A model generated the notes under the pieces. The model made no database searches and had not been told where the DNA came from. It saw only the letters and a program-made list of their open reading frames with translations. 64,000 bases of DNA from Octopus sinensis. Lineage: Eukaryota. Of this stretch, positions 13,689 through 24,189 are shown one piece after another (positions within the stretch are counted from its first letter, which is position 1; each line of letters starts with the position of its first letter). Location of the stretch: positions 35,600,464 through 35,664,463 of the forward strand of contig NC_043011.1 of assembly GCF_006345805.1 (NCBI RefSeq). The letters run 5' to 3'. The position numbers and the translations under genes are program-made.

Positions 13689-14674
13689 ATATATATATAT
13701 TAATATTTTATTCTTTTTTTTATTCTTGTTGTTTGTCATTTGACTGCAGCCTTGAAGGATTTTAGTCGAACAAATCGACCCCAGGATATTTTTTGTAAAG
13801 TGTAGTGCTTATTCTATTGGTTTCTTTTGTCAAACCGCTAAGTTACAGGGATGTAAATACACCAGCACTGGTTCACACACACACACACATATGACAGGCT
13901 TCTTTTAGTATCCATCTACTAAATCCACTCAAACGGTTTTAGTCAGCCTGATGCTATATGAGAAGACACTTGCTCAAAGTGCAAAGCAACAGAACTGAAC
14001 CCAAAACCATGTGGTTGCGAGGCAAGCTTTTTCTTAACACATAGCCACTAAGAAAGGGTGTTGCAGGAGCATTGACATATCAGTCTGCTAGCCTTCAGCA
14101 GCTGAGTTATAGTGGGGTTCCTCTTGGCTTCATATAATGTTTGGTAAGTTGTTTTTCTAATGTAGATGGAGCTATGTGAAATGGAGATTAGGTATGGTGT
14201 ACTTCTGTCTTAGAAGTGGTTGTATGGGTGGACGTAATAGAAGAGGGTAGGATGCAATTATGTTTTAGGTGGAGTACTGATGGAAAGATATTATGGAAGG
14301 TTTTATTGCTTGATGTTGGTATTGTATTTTTGTTCAGTCAAGTGTATAAATAACTTTGTAATCAGTTTAGGTCTGTCAGATTCAGGTCATAAGATTGTTA
14401 GAATAGATATTTCGTTTATTGTGTTTTTGGTTTCACAAAAGATGTAGGTGAAAAACTTTAGTTGGTCATCAAATGAGCAATTGGGATTTGATGGTTGCTG
14501 TTATTTGATTACTCTTTAGAAAATTCTACCTGTGCATTTCGGGAAAGTAAATATTGTAGACTATGTTGCTATGGTATTCGTAGAGGAATTTTATTCAGTT
14601 TTAAGTGTAGTTATTTGTCATCATATTGATGATATATTATCTTAGGCCTATGCATATTTGCAATCTCTATTCAC

Positions 14675-14709
<35 letters not shown>

Positions 14710-14899
14710 GCTTAAATTTATGGGTGAGCGTTTGACCCAATCAGATGCACAAGGAGCCATGTAAGCTTTGATTACTGGGTTCAATTCTAGGTTGGGTTAG
14801 CTCATCATCTTTCAGTTAATTGTTTATTAAAAGTGTCGCTTTAAGTCGGAGTATATATATTATTATGATATATTATTATATAGCTATTATATATATATA

Positions 14900-15281
14900 T
14901 TTTATTTAAAAGCAGTAGAAATATAACAAAAGCTGTTACTCAGAGTTTCACGTTCGCGTTCGTCGGACAGTTCTGTTAAAATAGAACAGAAATAACAATT
15001 GGATCAAAACTAGTTAAAGGATACACCTTTAAAAATGGATTTGTTTCATTGGTCCTTTCAAATAACGGTATTAAGCATGCGATAAACAAAATGAATGAAT
15101 TCAATATAAATTATAAATGATAAAAAAATCGAGACCACATATGCAGACATATGAATGCAAAACGTAAATATACACACAGTTACACATATACATATGTATA
15201 CGCAATCTTTCCCGCATGCAAAAATTACTAGGTGTATAAATATAGACTAGAAGTAAAACGACTTTTCTGTTATTATATACT
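14900..15281 (-). mobile_element. Inverted 3' arm of a PLE, including a hammerhead motif at 14933-14970
   Basis: Reverse complement of ~21446-21970 (roughly 90% identical, ~200-bp internal deletion); minus strand ctgt-CCGACGA-a-cg/cgaa/cg-t-GAAAC-TCTGA-GTA-acag. Confidence 0.8.
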
Positions 15282-15425
15282 GTTGGTCTACCTGTTTTGT
15301 CTATTGTTGTCTAACTGACGAAGTCAGCCTTCGTGCGAAGGCTTCGCGTTGGTGTTCCCCCTCCGTGGGGGAAAACTACAATTAATTTGGATTTGCCAAA
15401 GGCTTGTTAAAGCCATTTTTTCAAG

Positions 15426-16802
15426 ATGGAGTCCCCCATCTCTTATTCGCCCGTGACGAGCGAGGATGAATACCCGGCGTTGTCGCCAAGAAAAAAAGAG
15501 GCGTTGTCGCCAAGAAAAAAAGAGGCGTTGTCGCCGAAGAAAAAAGAGGCGGCGTCGCCCAAGAAAATGCAAAAACCAGTACCAGCATCAACTCCAGCAA
15601 AAAAATTCGCTGAAGTGGCTGGGAAAAAGATCAAAAAAATAAATATAGAAAATTTTGAAAAATTTGCAGACTGTGTAAAAAAAGAAGGCACAGAAGTGAC
15701 TGTGGCCACAAACATACAAATACATGACGATATAGAAAAAAAAAAGAATAATATATAAAACTTACGACACAACGACAAAAATGATCCAAAAATCGAAGAA
15801 AAAAAATAGAGTTTTGTCTAAAACCTTTTATGGATAAAATAACGTATATAAACAGAGGAAAAAGATACGGCACAGTGGAGGTGCGTTTTACTACGGAGGA
15901 GATAGCGAAAAAACTATCGATGGAGCCGATCAAAGCAGAAAACATTGTCTTACTACCATTGTATAAAGGAAAAAGGACGTCGAAAATTTCAATGAACAAC
16001 ATACCGCCAGAGGCAGATGCTGAATGTCTGGTGGCAGCAGTGATGGTAGGTCTGGAGGAAAAAATAAACATCCTCCAGGCCACAGTGGAGGAAGAGGAGT
16101 TTTGGAAAGGGCAGAAAATAGTGATAGCCATTCAGGCGGAGGTGCAAACACTGGAAGAAATTCCAGAAACGGTAAAGATTAGTGAAGACGAGAAAATAAC
16201 AGTTTTCGTGGAGGGCAGAAAGCCGAGGTGCTTCGGCTGCGGCAAGAAGGGTCATGTAAGGGCGGAATGCCAACCCCAACCCAAACCGCAGGAAGCACCT
16301 AAGCCAAAAGAAAAAGAAGATAATGTGTCACCAGAAGCAGCGTCGGACGGCCCAGAAGGGAAGACTGAAGGTGTGGAGGTGACGGTGACAGCAGAACCAG
16401 CGGCGGAGGAAAAAAAGAGCGAGGAAAAGATAAATGAGGAGGGGTGGGCAAAATTTACCGGAAAAAAAAAGAAAAACGGAAACCACCCCTCCCAGAGTAA
16501 TTTTAAAAAAGAAAAAAGAGTCAATGAACTCGTATATGGCCGTAAAGGCAGCAAATAGCAGACTCGGAAACGTGTTGGCAGCCATGGCCAAAGTGGAGAA
16601 AGTAGTGAAAAAAAACGACTTTGTAATTTACAGAATAGGCCGGAAGGATTACGGGCGGATAAAGTCAGAATTCTTCCATGACGTAGGCCCACTTAGATTG
16701 GATGTGACATCTCCACATATATTCGAGGGCCTACGTCAGACTCCCCCACGAGGCCCAGAAAAAGAGTTAGAAGAACAAGAGAAAACCGAACCACTGATAT
16801 AA
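15426..16802 (+). CDS. LINE ORF1 (gag-like; RRM-like region + CCHC zinc knuckle), split by three +1 A frameshifts; about 457 aa when corrected
   Basis: ORFs 15426-15758, 15830-16558 and 16434-16802 join if one A is removed from each of A10 (15736-45), A8 (15799-806) and A9 (16462-70); knuckle CFGCGKKGHVRAEC = CX2CX4HX4C. Confidence 0.85.
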
Positions 16803-16810
16803 GGTAAGTA

Positions 16811-19800
16811 ATGGATTACATTTATGTTGGTTGTTTGAATGTGCGCGGCCTGGGAGCAGGCTGGAAGCAAGGTCGCTTCCTGCATGATATCAGGTCGCGT
16901 AATTTAGATGTTATTGTTGCTACAGAAACCCGGTTAGAGGGGCCAAGAGGTCTACTCCCGCTGTTTGACGGCTACGAGAGATTTTTCTCTCCTGGCAGTC
17001 CTACAGGCGGGAGTGGGGTGTTGGTCCTATTAAAAAGAAACCGGGTTTCTGAGAAAAAGTTAATTTTTGCAGATCCAGAAGGTAGGCTGGTCGTCATGGA
17101 TTTGACGTTCAGTAATGGTAAAGTTATCAGACTGGTTGCAATTTACGCACCCAACCATACAGGGCAAAGTGATTATTTTCGTGAACTAGAAAACTTTCTT
17201 GATACTTCGCATTCATTAGTGGTGCTAGGAGACTTTAACACAATTTGCAAAGCGGATGTAGATTGTGTTGGCTCGCGTCCAGATAGAAAAGGCAACAGTG
17301 GCTTCATGGAACTGCTAAGCCGCTTTGAGCTAGCAGATCCTTATAGGCTGGAATTTCCGAACGCTCCATTGTGGACATGGTCAAACAGCGACGGATCTTC
17401 CAGGTCATATTTAGATAGAATACTAATTAGAAAAGTAGACAGTAAAATAGCTAAGTGTCCACAGTTTTACCCGATCAGCTACAGTGATCATAAAATGGTC
17501 ACTTGTAAGCTTGACATAGATAAGGTTAAAAATAGAGGATCCGGTTACTGGAAACTTAATACGTCCCTTTTGGCGATTAAGGAGTACAAAGACCGGATTA
17601 GGAATATAATTCAGAGGGCACTATCTGGTACCATCATTAATAACAAATGGTGGTACGCCCTCAAACGAGCCATCAAGTTTGAGTCTATTAGATATAGCAT
17701 AGGAGTAGTGGCTAGAGAGGCTAGAAGGGAAACTACTCTAGTTAAGGAATTAGAGGAAGCCATGAAAACTGGCTCTGCGGCTCAGGTGGCGTCCAAGAGA
17801 CTGGTGTTAAACCAGCACCTCGAGGCCAAACACATGGGCTGCATTGTCAGGGCTAGAATCCGCCATATGGGATGTGAAGGAATCAACGCCGTGAGATGGG
17901 CCCGAGTGGTGGAAGCTCGGCATGGTAACGATGCCACGATTCGATCTTTGACGAACCAACAAGGTGAGTTGATAAACGAACCCGAGGAGATGTGTGAGGC
18001 CTTTCAGGAGCACTTCGCTCAGCTTTTCGGTGAGTGCGGCGGACTGGATAGGAGGAGGGCCTTTACGGACCTACTCGACGGGCTGCCGCGCTTATCGGGG
18101 CGAGATGCGGAGGGCTGTGAAGGGCCAATCACGCCTGAGGAGGTGGTTGAGGCAATGGCGGACTGCGGCGCGGGCAAGGCGCCGGGTTTGGATGGTCTAC
18201 CCTATGAGTTATATAAGAGTATGCCAGACTTGTTCGGGCACCTACTGGCGGAGGTCTATGCGAACTGGCAGCAGAACGGGCTTATACCCAGATCTGTGCG
18301 CCGGGGAGTAGTGACTCTCGTCAGAAAGGACCCGAGCAAGGGGGAGTGCATTGATAATTTCAGGCCCATCACTCTGCTAAACACAGAGTTGAAGATTTTG
18401 GCCAAAGTGTTATCGAAAAGATTGGCGCGTGTCGCGGATGGTCTGATCGGAGAGGCACAGACATGTGCCGTTCCGGGCAGATCCATTCAGGATAATCTCC
18501 ATCTAATGCGGTACACTATAGAGGGGTTTAATAGTGATTCTGGCAAGGGTGGGGCACTGGTCCATTTAGACCAATCTAAAGCTTTTGATAGGGTCGACCA
18601 TCGTTACCTGGTATCTGCCCTGGCACAGTTCGGGCTGAGCCTTGGCTTCCTCAGGTGGATTATCCAAATTTATGATAACATCGACTCGGTAGTTCGGGTG
18701 AACGGCTTCTTGTCGAAGCCGTTCAAAATCAAACGCTCGGTTCGTCAAGGGTGTCCGCTCTCCCCGCTTTTGTACGTGATGGCTCTTGAGCCATTACTGC
18801 GAAAACTGAGCGGCATCCCGAGACAGCCAGGTAATGGAAAATCAGTGTCAGCGTACGCGGATGACATCACCATCATCGTAACCGAAATGGACCACCTATG
18901 TAAAGTAGGCAAGGCCATAGAGGTTTACGAGACGGTGACAGGAGCAAAAGTTAATCGCGAAAAGTCAGTCGGCTTGCAACTCGGCACCTGGGGAGGCAAG
19001 TCGATGCCTCCTGACAGCGTCGTGGGACGTTGGACGGAGGGTCCGATTAAACTGCTAGGGGTCTGGTTCGGTCCAGACCTCCAAATAGAGAAGAATTGGG
19101 GCGAGGTAACGAGCAAGGTGGCTGCAGTAGCCAAGACCTGGTCTTGGCGGTGGCTATCCCTGAAAGGGAGGGCGGAGGTGGCCAATGTGTTTATCGCATC
19201 GGTTATCACCTACCGCCTTTCCGTCGTTCCTTGCCCTGATTCGTGGTTGATCAAGTTGGAAAGACAGCTCTTCTACTTCTTGTGGAAGGGCGGGAAACCA
19301 CTTGTGAAACGCTCTAGTTGCTGTCAACAACCGTTAAAGGGTGGGCTAGGGATGCCTTGGCTGATGATGCGCAGACATGCGCTGAGGTTAAGACATCTGT
19401 GGCTCTACCTGGATGGTGAACGGGTGTGGTCTTCGCTAGCAAAACTGATGTTTCCCAAGTTCACTAGTTTCGGTGGATGGGAAACCTGGCTGAATCGTAG
19501 ATCGAAACTTGGTACTTGGTACACGGAGTGTCGCAAGGCTCTCCTGCTATTCCGTCGCTCGGGCAACGCCTGCGGTGGGGGTTCCACCACATTCTTCTAT
19601 AGAGGGTTGGTAGAGGCGGAATGTGAAGATACCTTGGGGGAAACCCTAGGTCTCGACGATAATCAGCTGGCCAGTCTGTTCCGACGTACGTTCAAGCCGA
19701 GGACACTGGACAACTTCCAGAAGTCTCTGGCATGGCAATGCTACAGAGGAGCTCTACCTGTTCGGGATAAACTCGCAAGGCACGGTGGCCAAGACAGTCC

Positions 19801-20338
19801 GATATGTCCAAGATGCGGGCGGGATAGGGAAACCGTCCCGCACGCTATTGTTCATTGTCCGGACGTGTCTGAGGTGTGGGTTTATGCCGAACAGCTGTTG
19901 TCAGGTACACGAAGAGTACAGCTGTCGACTGAGTCGATTACAAAAATTGACCCACCGGATTTCCTCGTGAATGAAGGTAAGTTTCGTTTTCTCGTTGTAG
20001 TAGCAATTGCGAAAGAGGTGATATGGAAGACGAGAATGAAAGGTGTACAGTCAGGCAAGTTCATCTCCGGCCCTGGTTTGATGAAGTATTTCATCTTTCA
20101 CCTGAAAAGGAAGATAGGGCTGGAGAGAATATGCCTGACTAGGAGAGTGTATGAAGAACGATGGAAGGATGTAGCACGAAAGTTGCAACATAAGATACAA
20201 CATAAATGTAATACCAAGCGCAACCAAAAGTATCAGTGGGGAGGCGGGGCTCGTGGGGTCCGAGCTAAACCCGCACCCACTCCACCCGTAATGTCTTCCG
20301 GTCTGTCCCATCATTCGATTTCTGTCCATTTATTGTAA
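16811..20338 (+). CDS. LINE ORF2 polyprotein: APE endonuclease, reverse transcriptase, C-terminal CCHC finger (1175 aa, uninterrupted)
   Basis: APE motifs LNVRGL, ATET, VLGDFN, YLDR, SDH; YWKLN linker; RT motifs FRPITLLN, DQSKAFDRV, RQGCPLSP, YADD; CPRCGRDRETVPHAIVHC. Confidence 0.97.
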   Translation: MDYIYVGCLNVRGLGAGWKQGRFLHDIRSRNLDVIVATETRLEGPRGLLPLFDGYERFFSPGSPTGGSGVLVLLKRNRVSEKKLIFADPEGRLVVMDLTFSNGKVIRLVAIYAPNHTGQSDYFRELENFLDTSHSLVVLGDFNTICKADVDCVGSRPDRKGNSGFMELLSRFELADPYRLEFPNAPLWTWSNSDGSSRSYLDRILIRKVDSKIAKCPQFYPISYSDHKMVTCKLDIDKVKNRGSGYWKLNTSLLAIKEYKDRIRNIIQRALSGTIINNKWWYALKRAIKFESIRYSIGVVAREARRETTLVKELEEAMKTGSAAQVASKRLVLNQHLEAKHMGCIVRARIRHMGCEGINAVRWARVVEARHGNDATIRSLTNQQGELINEPEEMCEAFQEHFAQLFGECGGLDRRRAFTDLLDGLPRLSGRDAEGCEGPITPEEVVEAMADCGAGKAPGLDGLPYELYKSMPDLFGHLLAEVYANWQQNGLIPRSVRRGVVTLVRKDPSKGECIDNFRPITLLNTELKILAKVLSKRLARVADGLIGEAQTCAVPGRSIQDNLHLMRYTIEGFNSDSGKGGALVHLDQSKAFDRVDHRYLVSALAQFGLSLGFLRWIIQIYDNIDSVVRVNGFLSKPFKIKRSVRQGCPLSPLLYVMALEPLLRKLSGIPRQPGNGKSVSAYADDITIIVTEMDHLCKVGKAIEVYETVTGAKVNREKSVGLQLGTWGGKSMPPDSVVGRWTEGPIKLLGVWFGPDLQIEKNWGEVTSKVAAVAKTWSWRWLSLKGRAEVANVFIASVITYRLSVVPCPDSWLIKLERQLFYFLWKGGKPLVKRSSCCQQPLKGGLGMPWLMMRRHALRLRHLWLYLDGERVWSSLAKLMFPKFTSFGGWETWLNRRSKLGTWYTECRKALLLFRRSGNACGGGSTTFFYRGLVEAECEDTLGETLGLDDNQLASLFRRTFKPRTLDNFQKSLAWQCYRGALPVRDKLARHGGQDSPICPRCGRDRETVPHAIVHCPDVSEVWVYAEQLLSGTRRVQLSTESITKIDPPDFLVNEGKFRFLVVVAIAKEVIWKTRMKGVQSGKFISGPGLMKYFIFHLKRKIGLERICLTRRVYEERWKDVARKLQHKIQHKCNTKRNQKYQWGGGARGVRAKPAPTPPVMSSGLSHHSISVHLL

Positions 20339-20445
20339 TTCATGAAAATTTTTTAATTCGATTTATTGTAAAAACCCATTCGTGTGTCTGACCCCATCAT
20401 CAGATTGTATTGTCCCATCTATGTTCGCCCCTTGTGGGTAATAAT

Positions 20446-22043
20446 AAAACAACATGGAGTATTTTGGATAGAGCGGTCTCCATACAGGCACGATACACAT
20501 AAAAGAAATTTCAAGTGCGATTTATGTCTGTTGGAGAAATATTTTATTTTATTCCAAGACAATAATTATTTAAATCAAAGAAGCGAACTCTTGAATCCAT
20601 GCAGACACGCAGCTAAATTTAAAATATCGACTAGCAATATCCCATATGGATAGCGTATATTTTTGATTCTTGGACTAGTTTTTAATCACACTGTTGAATC
20701 TGTTTCGTATTATGCATGACTTATTCCGCATCGCAAAGTTTTTGTATATACTTCGATATATTTCTAAAAGGAAAACCTTCGACTATTATATACTAATATT
20801 ATTTTCTTGTTTAGGATTCTGCTTTTATTTTATTTCATTTTATTGTATTTTATAAACCCATTTTAATCGTTTAATTTATAGCTAATTTGATATAAGGTGT
20901 TATATTTTGCATGTCTTTTATCTAAATTTTATTATTATGCATTCAGCAATTTCAAAAAATAATATTGTTTGTATATACGTCAGGTCCTAGAAAGTTTTTT
21001 GGGAATATTTGTATTGGCATGCATATGTATTCAGATGCACGCGCTTATGTATATGTGTAAGTAAGCGTGTATGTGTATACTTATGCACATACATACATGG
21101 ATGTATACGTATGCATGTATTCACTTGAATTTGAGTGGATGTGTATTTACGTACTTATCTCTATATATTTATATATGTGTTCTTATATGTGTATTTACTG
21201 CTAATATACACTTTTATATACACATGTAAACGTAATTTTATTTTGTGTACGTTCGTTACGCATATTCAGACTTCTTTCTTTTTTCCTTTCTCTCGTTAAA
21301 AAAAGGTATTGTCTCTCCCCCTATTCGTTACTTGTACAGAGTCCTGTAACTTTACGCCCCTCTCCCCTTCTCTTACTCATTTCTGTAGCTATCTTTTGCT
21401 TTTAAGATCGTTACCTTTTCTTTCTTTTTCTTACCCCTCTCTGCGTTTTACTTCTAGTCTATATGTATGCATCGAGTGATTTTTGCATGCGGGCAAGATT
21501 GCGTATACATATGTATATGTGTATCTCTGTGTATATTCACGTTTTTCATTTATATGTCTGCATATGCATGTGGTCTATGTACATCTATCTGTGTATTTTG
21601 ATGTATATATGTAGATTGATGGTTTAGTTTGAGTATATACTGTTGTGAAATATTTAATTTTTTATGTATTAATTGTATTAATCGAATTATATTTCTATAT
21701 AATTAATGACAATATGTATTTTGAATCCGCTCCTCGATTTAAGTTTTTTCTCGATTTTTTATAATTTATATTGAATTCATATATTTTGTTTATTTTGTTT
21801 AAGACCGTTATTTGAAAAGGCCAATGAAACAAATCCATTTTTAAAGATGTATCATTTAACTAGTTTCGATCCAATTGTTGTTTCTGTTCTATTTTAACAA
21901 AACTGTCCGACGAACGGGAACGTGAAACTCTGAGTAACAGCTTTTCTTATATTTCTGCTGCTCTTAAATAAAGCATATTACTCTAGCTATGGTATTTGAG
22001 TACTCTTTTTTTCCACCATGTTTCTCATTTATGTGCTTACTCC

Positions 22044-22046
<3 letters not shown>
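20446..22046 (+). mobile_element. PLE remnant: GIY-YIG C-terminus, AT-rich 3' region, hammerhead motif (21903-21940), terminus into (TA)n
   Basis: TWSILDRA/SPYR..KCDLCLLEKYFI..LNQRSELLNPCRH is a typical PLE C-terminus; ctgt-CCGACGA..GAAAC-TCTGA-GTA-acag; ends tgtgcttactccgg(TA)n. Confidence 0.8.
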
Positions 22047-22084
<38 letters not shown>

Positions 22085-22317
22085 CTTCTTTCAAAAATGT
22101 TTAAGTACAAGACAGTTCTGATTGAATATATATATAATAATACATCATATATATGATATATTATTATATAGATATTATATTGCGAGGATGATCCAGTTCT
22201 TGACTGAAGATAAAAGGCTTCCTTGGCTTTTTGTATCGTCTTTCTGGATGTTTTGTTGTCCCTTGTTTATCACCTAGTTTTCCGGATGTTTTGCGTCCTT
22301 GTCCCATTTTGTATTTC

Positions 22318-22368
<51 letters not shown>

Positions 22369-23277
22369 CTTCCTTCCGGAATGATTAAGTACAAGGCTGA
22401 GTTCTGATTGAATTCTTTGAAGGGAATAATTATGCTGTATGTTACATTTGAACATTTGTTCATTTAATTTGTCTTAGCAACACAAAAGCTTAGATGCTAT
22501 TCATAAACCTGTATGATGTGCTGACTTGTACCGAGCTTGTTTTCAATAACAGTCGACTGATACTCATTTTCAGCTGAACAAGCTGGAGCAATGTGAAAGT
22601 ATGTGCATTGCTCAAGAGCACAATTCATCACCTAAGAATTGATCCCAGGATTTTATGATCATGAACCCCCATATACTAATCACTAAGCCAAGTGTGTTTA
22701 CATGTTTGAGATATAGAACGAAGTATTCAAAAATTTGAAGCAAAAATATGGAGAATCGGAGATGATAATATGTTGTGTTATGTAGCTATATTGATTAAAC
22801 AGGGACGATGACAGATTGCTAAATTAATGTTGTGAGTTGATGCGTTAATATAGAGAATTTAATAATGTCAGTCAGCAGCATATTAATATAAGCAGTAGTC
22901 AATAGTTGTACAGTTTAATATCTGGCCTTATCTATAAACAATACAGATATGCATCCACTAAGGTTGGAGGTTAAATTGCAAGTGATGTTGGGTGTAAGGC
23001 TAGAATCTTCATTTATATAAAACAAATTCACATTGGATTTATGAAAAAGTTTAATGTTATCCGTATGAAGCTTTAGAATGGTAACCAAGAAGTTTGATAT
23101 ACTAAGACTGATTTCTGCTATTATTCTTAAACATTTTATTGTATAGATTAAATCCTTCTAAGTTCGGTCAAGGTTGTATTTATTTATTTTTTCCAATGTC
23201 AGCAACCCATCATCTCTATAAATGCCACCTTTTATTGTAGGTAACCTTACCCAAAATAACCAATATAGCAAACATTA

Positions 23278-23339
<62 letters not shown>

Positions 23340-23340
<1 letters not shown>

Positions 23341-23513
23341 TTTATTTAAAAGCAGCAGAAATTCAACAAAACCTGTTACTCTGAGTTTCACGTGAAACTC
23401 AGAGTACAGGTTTTGTTGAATTTCTACTGCTTTTAAATAAAGCATATTACTCTACCCCTGGTATTTGAGTACTCTTTTTTCCACATTGTTTCACATTTAT
23501 GTGTTTCCTCCGG
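23340..23513. mobile_element. Minimal PLE insertion with foldback junction, in (TA)n
   Basis: ctgttactctgagtttcac|gtgaaactcagagtacagg palindrome; right arm runs to the same terminus as 22046. Confidence 0.75.
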
Positions 23514-23545
<32 letters not shown>

Positions 23546-24189
23546 ATATATATAAAGAATATGAGAGCTTCTATATTCAGTTGTTATGTCTTAATAGTTC
23601 TATAGTATTGAGAAATAATGGGAGAGACATCTTGCTTCTTAATCTTGTCATGATTATTTCTAAGACACATCCATCTTATCTTTTAGTGAAAATGATGGGG
23701 CACTGTCTTGAAGGGTTTAGTCAAATAAATATATTTCAAAGCCTGGTGTTTTTTGTATTCGTCTCTTTTGACAAACTGTTAAATAATGGAAATGTAAACA
23801 AGCCTACACAGATTGTCATGTGACGGTGAAGGGACAATCACAAAGACACACACACATGCATACACACATAAATACACACACACACATACACTGTTCTGTT
23901 GAGGTAAGATTAACAAAAATGTACACCATCTAGTGAGAGATAAATATCATTTAATATACATGTTATAAAAATCGATCTTCTAATATTTTCTTGCTTGGAG
24001 GCAGGTTTTTGTAACATGCCATGTGTATCCATGCAATTTCAGGTGCTGAGCACATGCACTACTCAATTTGCAGATCAGGATACTGAATTAGAAAGAAATG
24101 AGAAAGAAAATGAGTTATGTTCCCTTTGACCACATAAAGCCATATTTAAGCTAGCTGTGGAATAGTTCAATGGATAGATATCCTAAGTC

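Larger units (their letters stand above)
15320..20445 (+). mobile_element. Full-length L1/Tx1-clade non-LTR retrotransposon
   Basis: About 100-nt structured 5' UTR, ORF1, ORF2 and short 3' UTR ending gccccttgtgggtaataataa; much more GC/CpG-rich than the flanks; no TSD detected; 5' boundary approximate. Confidence 0.95.

Noticed and set aside
14050-14560. Possible decayed PLE RT/thumb fragment on the minus strand
   Set aside because: Only faint motif resemblance with many stops; not supportable without an alignment.
15316-15380. Hammerhead at the LINE 5' end (CTGACGA..GAAA)
   Set aside because: No stem II closes next to the GAAA, and no stem III or UH triplet with a matching stem I.
16803-20338. 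Prokaryotic retron, group II intron or DGR reverse transcriptase
   Set aside because: An N-terminal APE domain, YWKLN linker, CCHC finger and upstream gag-like ORF1 are diagnostic of eukaryotic L1/Tx1 LINEs.
20384-20653. 89-aa ORF as a LINE ORF3
   Set aside because: It is a chance fusion of the LINE 3' UTR with the frameshifted C-terminus of the host PLE endonuclease.
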